Of a stretch of 37,392 nucleotides of DNA, positions 8,199-18,185 are shown piece after piece. The DNA is taken from positions 128,001-165,392 of IMG/VR virus record IMGVR_UViG_3300045996_000852. One strand, 5' to 3'. The translations under genes and the position numbers were made by a program. The notes below the pieces were generated by a model. The model was not told the origin of the DNA and did not search any database. It was given only the letters and a program-made list of their open reading frames with translations. Positions within the stretch are counted from its first letter, which is position 1. Every line of letters starts with the position of its first letter. The DNA is from a virus (Duplodnaviria; Heunggongvirae; Uroviricota; Caudoviricetes).

Positions 8199-8447
8199 TG
8201 TACTATGGAAACTATAATTAATCAGGTCCGGGACTTAGTAAGTAACCTATCCGGGAATTATCTTGGGGAAGTTAAGATTACAGTTGAGGTTCCTACAGAA
8301 TCCTTTGGGACTATTCAGGAAAGAATCCATGAAGCAGTTAAGAATCATCAATCCCTGAATCTTTCTAATCCTATTACTCCGTTTAAAAAAGACATAAGGT
8401 TCTTCTTCCCACCTAATACTCAACTAGTTGTAAAAATTAAAGAATGA
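8196..8447 (+). CDS. Hypothetical protein (likely start ATG 8205)
   Basis: ORF, ATGA-coupled to the AAA ATPase. Confidence 0.75.
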   Translation: MCTMETIINQVRDLVSNLSGNYLGEVKITVEVPTESFGTIQERIHEAVKNHQSLNLSNPITPFKKDIRFFFPPNTQLVVKIKE

Positions 8448-9625
8448 ATTTAGACCCTACTCTGTTATTATTGATTACTTCCGGGGGATTATTGATGTAC
8501 TTTAAGAATATCCCTAGACTCATATATAATAAGGTGAAGTCTCAGTTTGTATATTCCGTAAAGGTTTACCAGTATGATGAGCTATTCCTGATTTTAGAGA
8601 ACTGGTTGTACGATCATCACAAGTCTGCCTACAAGGATGTGGAAGCATCCCTTCAGGATGAGGACAGTTCCCCGGGTAGGTCTCATCATGAAATCAAAAG
8701 GACATTGATATACAAGCAGGAAGAGAATGATTTCTTCATTAAGTATAACAATAAGAAGTTGATTATCAGTAAGTCCAAGGAGAAAATGGACAAAGCCGAG
8801 AGTGCAAAGGATTTCTACTTCAGGAAATATACTCTTAGTGGGTTCCGGGCAAAGGAACATATTGACCTTTTACTCAAAGAAGCCGTGAAATACAATGAGG
8901 CCAAGAAGAATGTGGGAATCTATGTTTACTCCAATGACAGTTATGGTAACTGGTCTTCACCTAAGACAATCAAAGTGAAGTCTTGGGACAAGGTTATCTT
9001 GGAGAAAAATGCCAAGGACTTGATTACTAAGGATTTGCAGGAGTTTCTATCAAGTGAGAAGTGGTATATGGAAGCTTCAATTGCCTACAAGAGGGGTTAC
9101 GGTTTGCATGGACCTCCGGGAACGGGGAAGACTACGTTAGCTTTGGCTATTGCTTGCTATACCAACAGACCTGTTTACTGCATGAACCTTAACTCTATTG
9201 AGAATGACAGCAGGATTCCGTACATGTTCAGTGAAATGAGGAACAATTCTATTCTCCTGTTGGAAGATATTGACAGGGTTTTCTCTGGAAGGGATAATGT
9301 CCGGGATGATTCGAAGATTACTTTCTCTACTTTCCTTAATTGCTTGGATGGTGCATTCTCCAAGCATGGGGTTATTACTATAATAACTACAAATCATTTG
9401 GATAAGCTTGACCCTGCCTTGCTGAGAACGGGTAGGATTGACCTGCTTCAGGAAATTCCAAAGCCTACGGTTGCGGAAGTGGCTGAGTATCTTAGTATTT
9501 TCTATGGTAAGCCAGTGACCTTGGAGGGTTATGACAATGACTGGACCATGAGTGATATTCAAGAAATCTGTATTAAGAACAAAACAAATGTTAATAAAGC
9601 TATAGAAACTTTACAACATCATTAA
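8444..9625 (+). CDS. BCS1-like AAA+ ATPase with N-terminal membrane anchor
   Basis: YKRGYGLHGPPGTGKT Walker A, LLLEDID Walker B, ITFSTFLNCLDG, TTNHLDKLDPALLRTGRID (SRH). Confidence 0.92.
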   Translation: MNLDPTLLLLITSGGLLMYFKNIPRLIYNKVKSQFVYSVKVYQYDELFLILENWLYDHHKSAYKDVEASLQDEDSSPGRSHHEIKRTLIYKQEENDFFIKYNNKKLIISKSKEKMDKAESAKDFYFRKYTLSGFRAKEHIDLLLKEAVKYNEAKKNVGIYVYSNDSYGNWSSPKTIKVKSWDKVILEKNAKDLITKDLQEFLSSEKWYMEASIAYKRGYGLHGPPGTGKTTLALAIACYTNRPVYCMNLNSIENDSRIPYMFSEMRNNSILLLEDIDRVFSGRDNVRDDSKITFSTFLNCLDGAFSKHGVITIITTNHLDKLDPALLRTGRIDLLQEIPKPTVAEVAEYLSIFYGKPVTLEGYDNDWTMSDIQEICIKNKTNVNKAIETLQHH

Positions 9626-9733
9626 ATATATTAACTTTACTTCTTATGGTAATTGCAAAATACGATACGATACTTGGATTCCAATACTTCGAATTCAGAC
9701 CTGACCTTCTAGCAAACTACAACAAATTTATAT

Positions 9734-10147
9734 ATGGAACACGAAGAGGAAAAGAAAGAGATAGAGTACATGCTACCAACGGAACCCTCGTACTTCGAAG
9801 GGGAAGTTTTAATAGGAGAGCAATGGATGCCAATAAAGACGAAAGACCTGAGTCGAGTTACTAAGGAAATCAGAAGAGGAACTATCAGAGTTAAAAGATT
9901 GACCAAGGAAGATATTGAAAAGGAAGGTTGGAAGTATACAGGAAAGTCTATTAATATATGGTTTGAGAAGGAAGGTAATTTCGAAAGAACAACATGGACT
10001 GCATATAAAGCCATCTTGCATTATAATACATATGATAATTGGATGACTGTATATTTAAAAGACTATGATAATGAGCATCATATATTTCAAGGTAAATGCC
10101 CTGATATAAATACTTTCCGAACTATACAAAAACTTTTAAACATATGA
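9734..10147 (+). CDS. Hypothetical protein
   Basis: 137 aa, ATGA-coupled to next gene. Confidence 0.8.
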   Translation: MEHEEEKKEIEYMLPTEPSYFEGEVLIGEQWMPIKTKDLSRVTKEIRRGTIRVKRLTKEDIEKEGWKYTGKSINIWFEKEGNFERTTWTAYKAILHYNTYDNWMTVYLKDYDNEHHIFQGKCPDINTFRTIQKLLNI

Positions 10148-10503
10148 GTAAGTACCACGTAACTTATTTTTATTTGGCTACGGGCATGGAAGGTATTCCA
10201 GATAAAAATGACTATGGGATTGTAGAAGCCAATTCTCCTGATGAAGCTAAAGATATAGTTGTAAAAAGACAGAACCACCAAGCAGACCATCATTATACTG
10301 CTCAAGAAGTTGATGCTTGGTTTAGAAGTTGTCTATCTGCTAAATTAATAGATGAACCAAAGCCTATTCCTCAAAGTAATTGGGGTGCAGGAGAAGAAGA
10401 CTTCCCACTTGTTCCTACAGAAACCAAGATGCTTAATGGAGAATTTGTTAAACGTGATGAATCAAATCCTTTTAGAAGACCTGATAACAACACAATAATA
10501 TAA
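10144..10503 (+). CDS. Hypothetical protein
   Basis: 119 aa ORF in operon. Confidence 0.8.
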   Translation: MSKYHVTYFYLATGMEGIPDKNDYGIVEANSPDEAKDIVVKRQNHQADHHYTAQEVDAWFRSCLSAKLIDEPKPIPQSNWGAGEEDFPLVPTETKMLNGEFVKRDESNPFRRPDNNTII

Positions 10504-10504
10504 T

Positions 10505-10744
10505 ATGAAAACTTTAGAACAATTTATTCGTGACAATGACCTACCAATCGAAGAAGGTACTGTAGGTTATCTTAATGGAGAAAGAGGTAATACTTTAGGT
10601 AGTGCTACTTTCAGACTTGTAATAACAGAGGGTGACAATGGTCAACCTGTTAAAGGATACATTCATCCAGAGGGAAGGAGTGGTGATACTATTAATGTAT
10701 TAATTGCCGGGAATCAACTGGTAATTACAGATATATGTTCTTAA
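10505..10744 (+). CDS. Hypothetical protein
   Basis: 79 aa ORF in operon. Confidence 0.75.
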   Translation: MKTLEQFIRDNDLPIEEGTVGYLNGERGNTLGSATFRLVITEGDNGQPVKGYIHPEGRSGDTINVLIAGNQLVITDICS

Positions 10745-10760
10745 TTTAAAATCAATAAAA

Positions 10761-11123
10761 ATGAATCTTACAAACAGTAATTCAGCAGGTACATCATCTA
10801 CCTCTGGAACAATGGTGCTCCGTAGTGATCTAACTAGACCCTTGACTTTCGGTGAAAGACTTGTAGGTGTAACTTTTAATGTCAGCAAGAATCCTAAGGT
10901 TGATGAAATCAAAAGATATTTTGCCAATCTGATTGATGATATTAATCAGAGGTCACATATGAAAGCTCAAGAACTTATGGAAAAGACAGTTGAAGGTTAT
11001 GTTGAGAATGGCAAACTCAATCAAATGGACCCTACAGACCAAACAGAAGTTCTTATTTCTCACCAAGCTATCATACAATTGAAACAAGCTTGTATGTGGA
11101 CGGTTAACTATTACGTAATTTAA
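10761..11123 (+). CDS. Acb2/Tad1-like helical hairpin protein (candidate anti-defence nucleotide sponge)
   Basis: LTFGERLVGVTFN...VDEIKRYFANLIDDI...AIIQLKQACMWTVN pattern, recalled from the phage Acb2/Tad1-domain family. Confidence 0.6.
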   Translation: MNLTNSNSAGTSSTSGTMVLRSDLTRPLTFGERLVGVTFNVSKNPKVDEIKRYFANLIDDINQRSHMKAQELMEKTVEGYVENGKLNQMDPTDQTEVLISHQAIIQLKQACMWTVNYYVI

Positions 11124-11150
11124 GAAGGGTGTCGAAAGACACCTTCTTTA
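11122..11150 (+). terminator. Intrinsic terminator-like hairpin
   Basis: aagaagggtgtc-gaaa-gacaccttctt then tattt. Confidence 0.6.
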
Positions 11151-11205
11151 TTTAACACTTCATATAGTTTCCTATAGTTATCTTTGTTTACATATTTATT
11201 ATAGT

Positions 11206-11724
11206 ATGAATTTCATTGAACAAGAAAGGGAAATATCCAACTCAAACTATTTGATTAACGAATTAATCATGAGTGGTTGGCTAGAAAAGGATGTGGTTCT
11301 AGTGAACTGTGGTCCTCAATACTCATCAAGACTAACTCAGCTTATTAATCATAAGACTTCTTACCTAAATGGTAATGAGCTATTTGAACAAATCTCATTA
11401 GAACTTCCCGGTAAAGGGATGAATCAGGTTCTATGTTATGATTTCAGAGAATATATTTCTTTTGATAGATACTTGGCTGAGTGGATTGCTAAACACGTAA
11501 CAAAGACAGCTAAGTTTTTATTTATTACCAACACAATCTTTTCAGGAAGGAAGCTCAACAAGGTTAAAATGTTGATGAAAGCAAAGATTGAAAACTTGGA
11601 TAACATGAAGTTCCTTTCATTATATACAATGGAAGGTTCTATTGTTAAACCTGATTATACACACAGAACATTTAATAAGGATAACAAGCCTGTATTCTTT
11701 TGGGAAAATACTAATATCAAATAA
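11206..11724 (+). CDS. Degenerate phosphoribosyltransferase-fold protein
   Basis: FLFITNTIFSGRKL resembles the PRPP loop hhhhDDhhxSGxT without the acidic pair; C-terminal KPDY...FFWE; TATCTTTG -7 box upstream. Confidence 0.55.
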   Translation: MNFIEQEREISNSNYLINELIMSGWLEKDVVLVNCGPQYSSRLTQLINHKTSYLNGNELFEQISLELPGKGMNQVLCYDFREYISFDRYLAEWIAKHVTKTAKFLFITNTIFSGRKLNKVKMLMKAKIENLDNMKFLSLYTMEGSIVKPDYTHRTFNKDNKPVFFWENTNIK

Positions 11725-11725
11725 T

Positions 11726-11959
11726 ATGGCACAAGAAACCTATCAGGACTTGGAGAAAGTCCCTAATGCTGTAGCTGTTCTTATCGAGGCTATAAAGAAT
11801 GACCCTGATGTAAGGAGAGCTTGGCAAGCTAACATTGCTGTAGCTATTCAGGATGAATGTCCTGTAGCAGAAAATGATTTTATAACCCTGAATCGTAAAC
11901 AAGTATGGGAAATGTCTCAAAAAGCAGCAGACAGATTCCTTGATTTATTAATAATGTAA
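11726..11959 (+). CDS. Hypothetical protein (likely start MAQETY)
   Basis: ORF track 11642..11959; ATG directly after upstream stop. Confidence 0.7.
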   Translation: MAQETYQDLEKVPNAVAVLIEAIKNDPDVRRAWQANIAVAIQDECPVAENDFITLNRKQVWEMSQKAADRFLDLLIM

Positions 11960-11971
11960 AAACCAACAGAC

Positions 11972-12304
11972 ATGTCAAACAAAAACAAAGGACAAAAACA
12001 ATTAACTCCCTCTCAGCAGTTTGAAGCAATGAGGAATCAGGTTCTTGTAGTAGAACTTGAGGCAAGATTTGCTAAGGCAAACTATGATAAAATGTATTAT
12101 GCTATTGAAGGAGAGAAGTTGATTGATGATTACAAAGGATTCCAGACAAGAGAGAATGAAAGAAGGATTGCTGCTCAGAAGCAATATGACGAATTCATTG
12201 CAGGAATCAAGAAAGCCCAAGAAGAATCTTCTACTACAGAAGAAGGAGAAGCTACTACACCTGTAGTTAATCTGGAAACTGAACCTGAAGAAACAAGAGC
12301 TTAA
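11972..12304 (+). CDS. Hypothetical coiled-coil protein
   Basis: 110 aa, helical with acidic tail. Confidence 0.8.
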   Translation: MSNKNKGQKQLTPSQQFEAMRNQVLVVELEARFAKANYDKMYYAIEGEKLIDDYKGFQTRENERRIAAQKQYDEFIAGIKKAQEESSTTEEGEATTPVVNLETEPEETRA

Positions 12305-12322
12305 TTAAAAGGAGGACTTAAT

Positions 12323-12787
12323 ATGCATTATCAAACAGGAAATACTCCCCCCACTCACAGTCACTATGATAACCTTGATGGCAACATTAAGAACTTTACT
12401 CATATTGACCATGATAAGAAACTGAAAGTTGCAGTTGGTGGTAAGGAATCCCTAGAAGACCTACAGGAATCACTTAGGCAGTATAAACAGGATAACATTG
12501 AAAGGATTCTGTTATTACCTGCCTATGCTATTCTGGTAGGACAAGCTCCTGAACGTTACGAGGAGTTTGTAATCAGGGATTTAAAGAGTGGAGAAATTAA
12601 GTGGAATGAAACAGTAGTGAGGAATTACTGTGAGACTGTAGGAATGTATGAGAACTATGTCCTTCATCTTAGGGTATGGAGAGGTTGTGCCAAATTTGAA
12701 TACTGGTGGTCACCAATCCCTACACTGGAAGAAATGAAAGAAGGTAAACATAAGGACATGCTTGCTTCCTTTAAACAGAACATTTAA
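12323..12787 (+). CDS. Hypothetical protein
   Basis: 154 aa ORF. Confidence 0.8.
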   Translation: MHYQTGNTPPTHSHYDNLDGNIKNFTHIDHDKKLKVAVGGKESLEDLQESLRQYKQDNIERILLLPAYAILVGQAPERYEEFVIRDLKSGEIKWNETVVRNYCETVGMYENYVLHLRVWRGCAKFEYWWSPIPTLEEMKEGKHKDMLASFKQNI

Positions 12788-12806
12788 CTTAATATGTTAA
12801 ATACTT

Positions 12807-12853
12807 AAATACATTAATTTACCAGAAAATAAATTTGGTAAATTAATGTATTT
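12807..12853. repeat. Perfect 18-bp inverted repeat
   Basis: aaatacattaatttacca (12807-12824)/tggtaaattaatgtattt (12836-12853). Confidence 0.9.
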
Positions 12854-12882
12854 TTTGTATATTATTATAAACCAACCCAAAG

Positions 12883-13251
12883 ATGGAAATCAAGGTTCTT
12901 CAAGATAAGATTCTATTGCAGGAAAAGAAGGACGTTCTTAGATGGCATTTGTACGGTAAATTCTTACAGTACAATATCAAACCATTTGAGAATGACCTAG
13001 ATATACTGCTAGAACTATATGAATTTGGGGGTTATGACAATGCTGAAGAGCAAAGTCTATTTATAGAACGTTGCTTAACTAAAGGACTTCGTAAATCTAG
13101 CCAAAGTGTAAGAAATACATTATCTAAGTATACGAAGCTCAAGGTTTTAGATAAACCAAAGAACAAAAAGATTCATCTGAGTGATAAATTCATCCCTCAG
13201 GTTAAATGTGATAAGCTTGTTTTACAACCTCTAATCTGCCACACCAATTAA
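12883..13251 (+). CDS. Putative winged-helix DNA-binding protein
   Basis: KSSQSVRNTLSKYTKLKVL recognition-helix-like motif. Confidence 0.55.
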   Translation: MEIKVLQDKILLQEKKDVLRWHLYGKFLQYNIKPFENDLDILLELYEFGGYDNAEEQSLFIERCLTKGLRKSSQSVRNTLSKYTKLKVLDKPKNKKIHLSDKFIPQVKCDKLVLQPLICHTN

Positions 13252-13252
13252 T

Positions 13253-13654
13253 ATGCAGTCCAGTTCTAAAGAGATATACCAGATAACGGCAGCTAGAACG
13301 GGAAAGGATGAACAACTATATAAAGATATAGGAAATTTTATCCAGAAAGAAACTGCACAACACCTGAAAAGACCTAAGAATCTGATTATCAAGGTGAAAG
13401 GTCTTGGTTTTTGGTTCTTGAGAAGAGCTAGGGTTATAAAAGCTCTGTCTTGGTTCCCTAAAGAGTACGAGGATTCCGGCTATGTGGAGTTCAATCCTAA
13501 TAGACCCTTCCTTAAATCTGAGAACAAAAGGGAAATATACGAAACATTTAAAGCTAGACTGGCTGATTATGATAAGTACTTAGCCAAGAAAGCAGAAAAC
13601 AAAAAGCTCAAGGATGAATTTAAAGAACTTCAGAAAAGCAAGGAAGCTAGCTGA
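13253..13654 (+). CDS. HU/IHF-like DNA-binding protein
   Basis: IYQITAARTGKDEQLYKDI...IKVKGLGFW pattern; typical of crAss-like gene blocks. Confidence 0.7.
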   Translation: MQSSSKEIYQITAARTGKDEQLYKDIGNFIQKETAQHLKRPKNLIIKVKGLGFWFLRRARVIKALSWFPKEYEDSGYVEFNPNRPFLKSENKREIYETFKARLADYDKYLAKKAENKKLKDEFKELQKSKEAS

Positions 13655-13991
13655 AAGACCAGCTAAGATTAATTTCAGGAATATTCTTGCAGTTATACAA
13701 GCTTGGTTTAGGAAAAAGAAGTTGACAATTTCAGGTATAGGTCTTGAGCAACATATATATGAGCAGATAATTTGGAGAAGGTTGAAAGTTAAAGCCAAGT
13801 CTCCTATCTGTTGGGAATCAGGAGCTTGTAGGGTTTGTGGTTGTGATATTCTTGGAAAAACAATGGAAGACAGAGCTTGTTCCTTATCGGAAAGTCCAGA
13901 ATCAAATAAAACCCCTTGTTATCCTGCTATGATGAGTAAGGAAAAATGGGAAGCTTATAAAACTAATTATAAAATAAAACTGTTCGAATAA
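13614..13991 (+). CDS. Cys-rich Zn-binding protein
   Basis: CWESGACRVCGC...C...C. Confidence 0.75.
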   Translation: MNLKNFRKARKLAERPAKINFRNILAVIQAWFRKKKLTISGIGLEQHIYEQIIWRRLKVKAKSPICWESGACRVCGCDILGKTMEDRACSLSESPESNKTPCYPAMMSKEKWEAYKTNYKIKLFE

Positions 13992-14287
13992 TGTTAACTA
14001 CAAACCAACAACAGATTAATCTAGGAAGAGTTAGAAATGGTGAACCTAGAAAAATGAAGTTTGCTTTAATTAATAGTGGAGAGAATCCAGTTAAGATTGA
14101 ATCATTAATGGTAGGATGTGGAAAGTGTACGGTTGCAAGTATGGACCAGCAAACAGTATCACCGGGAGAAACTGCTTCATTGAATGTAACATTTACTCCT
14201 GATAGTACAGGAAACCAAGTAAAGAATGTTACGGTGAAGTTTACAGGTGGTGCTCTAACAGTAAAATTTTCAGCCGAGGTAATATAA
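13991..14287 (+). CDS. Ig-like DUF1573-type domain protein
   Basis: F.L.N.G..PV.I......GCGKCT...VSPGET.SLNVTF pattern. Confidence 0.75.
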   Translation: MLTTNQQQINLGRVRNGEPRKMKFALINSGENPVKIESLMVGCGKCTVASMDQQTVSPGETASLNVTFTPDSTGNQVKNVTVKFTGGALTVKFSAEVI

Positions 14288-14288
14288 T

Positions 14289-15101
14289 ATGGTAAAGTTT
14301 CAAGAGAAAGGTCATAAGTATTACACCTTAGATGGTACTCAGGAATTAATTTCTGTATCAGGTCTGATGCATAGGTTTGAACAACCTAAGGATTGGGATG
14401 CTATTGCGGAGAAGAGTTCGAAGAATCTGAAGAGGTATAAAGGTATTACCAAAACACCTCTTGAATTAAAGGCTGAATGGGAAAAGAAAAGAATCAAAGG
14501 TTCTGAAGCCGGGACAATGGTTCATAAGATAAAGGAAGCGGAGTTACTTGCTACTAAAATTGATACTAAAATAGTAGAATCCTTTACTGATAGTGATTTC
14601 AAATATGCATTAAATGTTCAGGAGCTTGAAGATAACACGGTTTATCCAGAGCTTATGATATATGACTTAGGATATGGTATCTGTGGTCAGTCTGATATAG
14701 TTGAGATAAAGAACGATTATATTATAATAAGAGACCACAAGACTGATAAATCAATTGAGTGGTACGCATATGATAATGGTTACAATGAACCTGAAATGCT
14801 TTTAGGACCATTGTCACATCTTGAGAATTGCAATGGTAATGTCTACTCTTTGAAGATGTCATTATATATGTATCTCATTTGGAAAGCAAATAAGGGAAGA
14901 TTTAAACCCGGGAAGATAATATTGAATTGGTGTCCAATTGATAGAGATGCAGATGGGTATCCTATTCTGTATGATGCAAATGGTAATATAGTTCAGGAAG
15001 GTGGACAACCAAGGATTTTATATGAAAAGGAAATTGAAGTTCCTTATAGAAAGAAAGAGGTTATGGCTATGCTAGAAACCTTACCAAAGAAAACCAACTA
15101 G
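14289..15101 (+). CDS. PD-(D/E)xK nuclease
   Basis: FQEKGHKY, AGTMVH, ICGQSDIV...IRDHKT, YSLKMSLY motifs. Confidence 0.85.
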   Translation: MVKFQEKGHKYYTLDGTQELISVSGLMHRFEQPKDWDAIAEKSSKNLKRYKGITKTPLELKAEWEKKRIKGSEAGTMVHKIKEAELLATKIDTKIVESFTDSDFKYALNVQELEDNTVYPELMIYDLGYGICGQSDIVEIKNDYIIIRDHKTDKSIEWYAYDNGYNEPEMLLGPLSHLENCNGNVYSLKMSLYMYLIWKANKGRFKPGKIILNWCPIDRDADGYPILYDANGNIVQEGGQPRILYEKEIEVPYRKKEVMAMLETLPKKTN

Positions 15102-15102
15102 T

Positions 15103-15366
15103 ATGTTTAATATTAATGAAACCAATGACCTTCCAGATATATTAGGTGAAGGTATCAGATATAGTAATAAAGCTCCCAAGTTTGGAAGATTTCCTTCACT
15201 TGATGAGGATTTACTTGAATTGAAAAAGAAATGGTTAAACACAAAAAATGAAGTTCTTGTTCAACATATGATTGATTCTTTAATAATCTTCAATCACAAC
15301 AGAAAGAATTTTAGCCAATTCCCTACAATTCAAAAGAATGTAAAAGAACTTACTTTAACAAATTAA
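15103..15366 (+). CDS. Hypothetical protein
   Basis: 87 aa ORF in operon. Confidence 0.7.
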   Translation: MFNINETNDLPDILGEGIRYSNKAPKFGRFPSLDEDLLELKKKWLNTKNEVLVQHMIDSLIIFNHNRKNFSQFPTIQKNVKELTLTN

Positions 15367-15371
15367 CCAAC

Positions 15372-15908
15372 ATGGCTTTAGGAAAACTATTTGAATTACA
15401 AGGGGATGTAATAATCCCAACTGAGCATTGTAAATTAATAATGCCAATCAGGGAATGTCTGGATAAATACTTTGAAAACTATCCAAAGATAATTCCCTTT
15501 TTACATTATATGAAGTCCCTTAATAAGGATGACAATCCTTATGCTGATGTTGAACTCGACCAGAGAGAGGACCAGATAATTTATGATTTGAAACTTGGTG
15601 AGATTGATTTTACTGACCCTGTGATTAGAAAAGCATTGGATTGTGTAGAAGAAAAATATTCAACTAGTTTTTATAGAATGTATAAAGGCTTGAAATCCAT
15701 GATGGATAAGATAGCTGCTAGATTACATCTGGAAGAAATGGACTTCAGTAAAGATGGTAACTCAACTAATATCATGAAGTTGATGAAGGATTATGAATCA
15801 TTAAGAAAGAGTTTCAAACAAGCTTATAAGGATTTTGAAGAAGAGCAAGGACAAATAACTCCGAGGGGTGGTGGTAAGCTTGCAGAAGATGAAGACACAG
15901 ACTACTAA
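15372..15908 (+). CDS. Conserved crAss-like protein upstream of terminase (possible small subunit)
   Basis: Position, helical character, C-terminal RGG motif. Confidence 0.55.
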   Translation: MALGKLFELQGDVIIPTEHCKLIMPIRECLDKYFENYPKIIPFLHYMKSLNKDDNPYADVELDQREDQIIYDLKLGEIDFTDPVIRKALDCVEEKYSTSFYRMYKGLKSMMDKIAARLHLEEMDFSKDGNSTNIMKLMKDYESLRKSFKQAYKDFEEEQGQITPRGGGKLAEDEDTDY

Positions 15909-15910
15909 TT

Positions 15911-18172
15911 ATGATTGTTGCATTTACTGAAATACCAACCTATGATATTCTTACTGATAAGTGGAGTGAAACAAACTTCGATACTCAGGAGCATTTTGCT
16001 GTATTCCTAGATAGTATATGGAGTGATGATTGTGAATATGGGTTTACAGATGAAACAAGTATACATTTTAGAAAACAAGCTGCTCACTTTGATAAACATA
16101 GATGTTATACATTCCATTCTACGGGTTCAAAGGAGAGAAAAGACTACTGGTTCCACGAAGGAAAGAAATGTGTAAGAGGTGTTATATATAAACAAGGAGA
16201 AAAAACTTGGTATCTCACAAGAGATTACTATTTCTTCCTGAACTTCTTACAATTTGCAAACAAAGAGAAAGGTGATATTGATACATTCCCGGACATCCGT
16301 GATATTCAATATCATTTGGCTTTATACGAGAAGAGAGCAGAAGCTCATCATAAACATGCTATCCTTACGAAGAAACGTCAGATGGCTTCATCACTCTTCC
16401 ACTGTGCTAAGATTATTAATAAGTTCTGGTTTGATAGGAACGCTGTTAATAAAATCTTTGCATCAGATGAGAAATATATAAATATTGAGGATGGTATTTG
16501 GAAGTTCTTAGATAAGTATCGTGACTTCCTTAATGAACATACAGATTGGAAAAGGCACAATCAGCCTAACCAAGAGTTCTCTTGGATGCAGCAAAAGATT
16601 GTTAAGACAAAAGATGGTCAGGAATTAAAGAAAGGTAGAAAATCAGTTATCTCAGGTTTGACTTTGAAGATTAAACCTACTAATGGTGTCGGTGGTGCTT
16701 GTGCTATTGGTTATCATGAAGAGGCTGGTATTGCTCCTAAGCTACACGAAACATATGGTTACTTCAGACCTGCAACTGAGGCTGGTATTTATACTACTGG
16801 TATTTTCATAGCTGCTGGTTCTGTGGGTGATTTGAAGCAGTGTGAACCTCTTAAGAAGTACATGTATGCTCCTACACCTAATAGATTCTTGGCTGTAAAG
16901 AATTCATGGGTTGATAAGAACAGAGTTCCCACGGATACAGGATTATTTATTCCTGAACATTGGGGAATGCCGGGATTTGTTGATAAGAATGGTAACTCTT
17001 TATCTCATGATGCACATCAATATCTTGCTAATCACTATGAGAAATTAAAGAATGAGCCGGGAGTAAGTGAAGCTGATTATCAATTGGAACTTTCTCAGCA
17101 CCCTATCTTTTTGAAGGATGCATTTACACATAGAGAAGTTTCTGAATTCCCTGTTATTCTTTTAGGTAATCAACAAGAAAGAATTGAATTAAAAGATAGA
17201 GAGAACAAGTGGGCTTTCAAACCATTGAAGGGATTACTTGAGGAAAAGAATGGTAAGGTTGTTCTGAATCCAAATAGAAAAGGACCAGAGCATGAATATC
17301 CAATTAAACCAGCTTGGGAAGATAAGAGAGGGGTTGTTACAATATTCGAAATGCCCGATGAGAATCCTGAGTGGCTAACTTATTTTGCTGGTGTGGATAC
17401 TATTGAGGCTGATGATACTAAGACATCTGAATCAGTATTTGCTATTGACATATTTAAAACAATTGTTGAAGTAAGATATAAGGATAAAGATGGTAAGATA
17501 AAAACAAGAATCGAAGGAGATAAGCTTGTTGCTACCTATAGAGGTAGATTTGGTTCCAACGATGGTGGTGTAGATGCCACTAATGAACAGGGTTGGTTAC
17601 TCCTGAAGATGTTCAATGCATTTGCTTTTGTGGAAAGGTCTAAACCTAACTTCATTAACTACATGCAAAGAAACGGTAGGGCTGAAAAATACCTTGCAAA
17701 GGAATCAGATGTTCCAATGTTTAAGGATTTGAATCTTACTGCTGGTGGTAAATCTAAATTTGGTTTCCATATGTCACCTAATAAAAAGGATGATAACATG
17801 TGGAAGCTTATTAAGAGTTACATCAAGGAATATCTTCTTACAGAATATGACAGGATATACATTGGTAATACTGAAGAAGTTCAGAAAATTATCCGTGGTG
17901 TTGATAAAATAGACGACTACTGGTTACTAGAGGAACTTATACAATTCAATTCTGATGGAAACTTTGACCGTGTAGTTTCTTTTGGTGCTGCTGTGATGAT
18001 TGCAAAGATTTATCAGCAGAATAGATTTATCAAAAGAAAGAATGAGGTAAAAAGAGAGGATGAGCAAATACAAGCTAGACCACCTAGGCAATTAAATATG
18101 TTAGGTGGTGGAGTACCTCAGGCCAACAGAATGATGAAAAGAAAAGGAAACAGACCACAATCATTATTATAA
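15911..18172 (+). CDS. terL: Terminase large subunit
   Basis: LTKKRQMASS Walker A variant, YHEEAG Walker B, YFAGVD nuclease motif, GNFDRV; crAss-type YYFFLNF. Confidence 0.93.
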   Translation: MIVAFTEIPTYDILTDKWSETNFDTQEHFAVFLDSIWSDDCEYGFTDETSIHFRKQAAHFDKHRCYTFHSTGSKERKDYWFHEGKKCVRGVIYKQGEKTWYLTRDYYFFLNFLQFANKEKGDIDTFPDIRDIQYHLALYEKRAEAHHKHAILTKKRQMASSLFHCAKIINKFWFDRNAVNKIFASDEKYINIEDGIWKFLDKYRDFLNEHTDWKRHNQPNQEFSWMQQKIVKTKDGQELKKGRKSVISGLTLKIKPTNGVGGACAIGYHEEAGIAPKLHETYGYFRPATEAGIYTTGIFIAAGSVGDLKQCEPLKKYMYAPTPNRFLAVKNSWVDKNRVPTDTGLFIPEHWGMPGFVDKNGNSLSHDAHQYLANHYEKLKNEPGVSEADYQLELSQHPIFLKDAFTHREVSEFPVILLGNQQERIELKDRENKWAFKPLKGLLEEKNGKVVLNPNRKGPEHEYPIKPAWEDKRGVVTIFEMPDENPEWLTYFAGVDTIEADDTKTSESVFAIDIFKTIVEVRYKDKDGKIKTRIEGDKLVATYRGRFGSNDGGVDATNEQGWLLLKMFNAFAFVERSKPNFINYMQRNGRAEKYLAKESDVPMFKDLNLTAGGKSKFGFHMSPNKKDDNMWKLIKSYIKEYLLTEYDRIYIGNTEEVQKIIRGVDKIDDYWLLEELIQFNSDGNFDRVVSFGAAVMIAKIYQQNRFIKRKNEVKREDEQIQARPPRQLNMLGGGVPQANRMMKRKGNRPQSLL

Positions 18173-18185
18173 TAACAAAATATAA

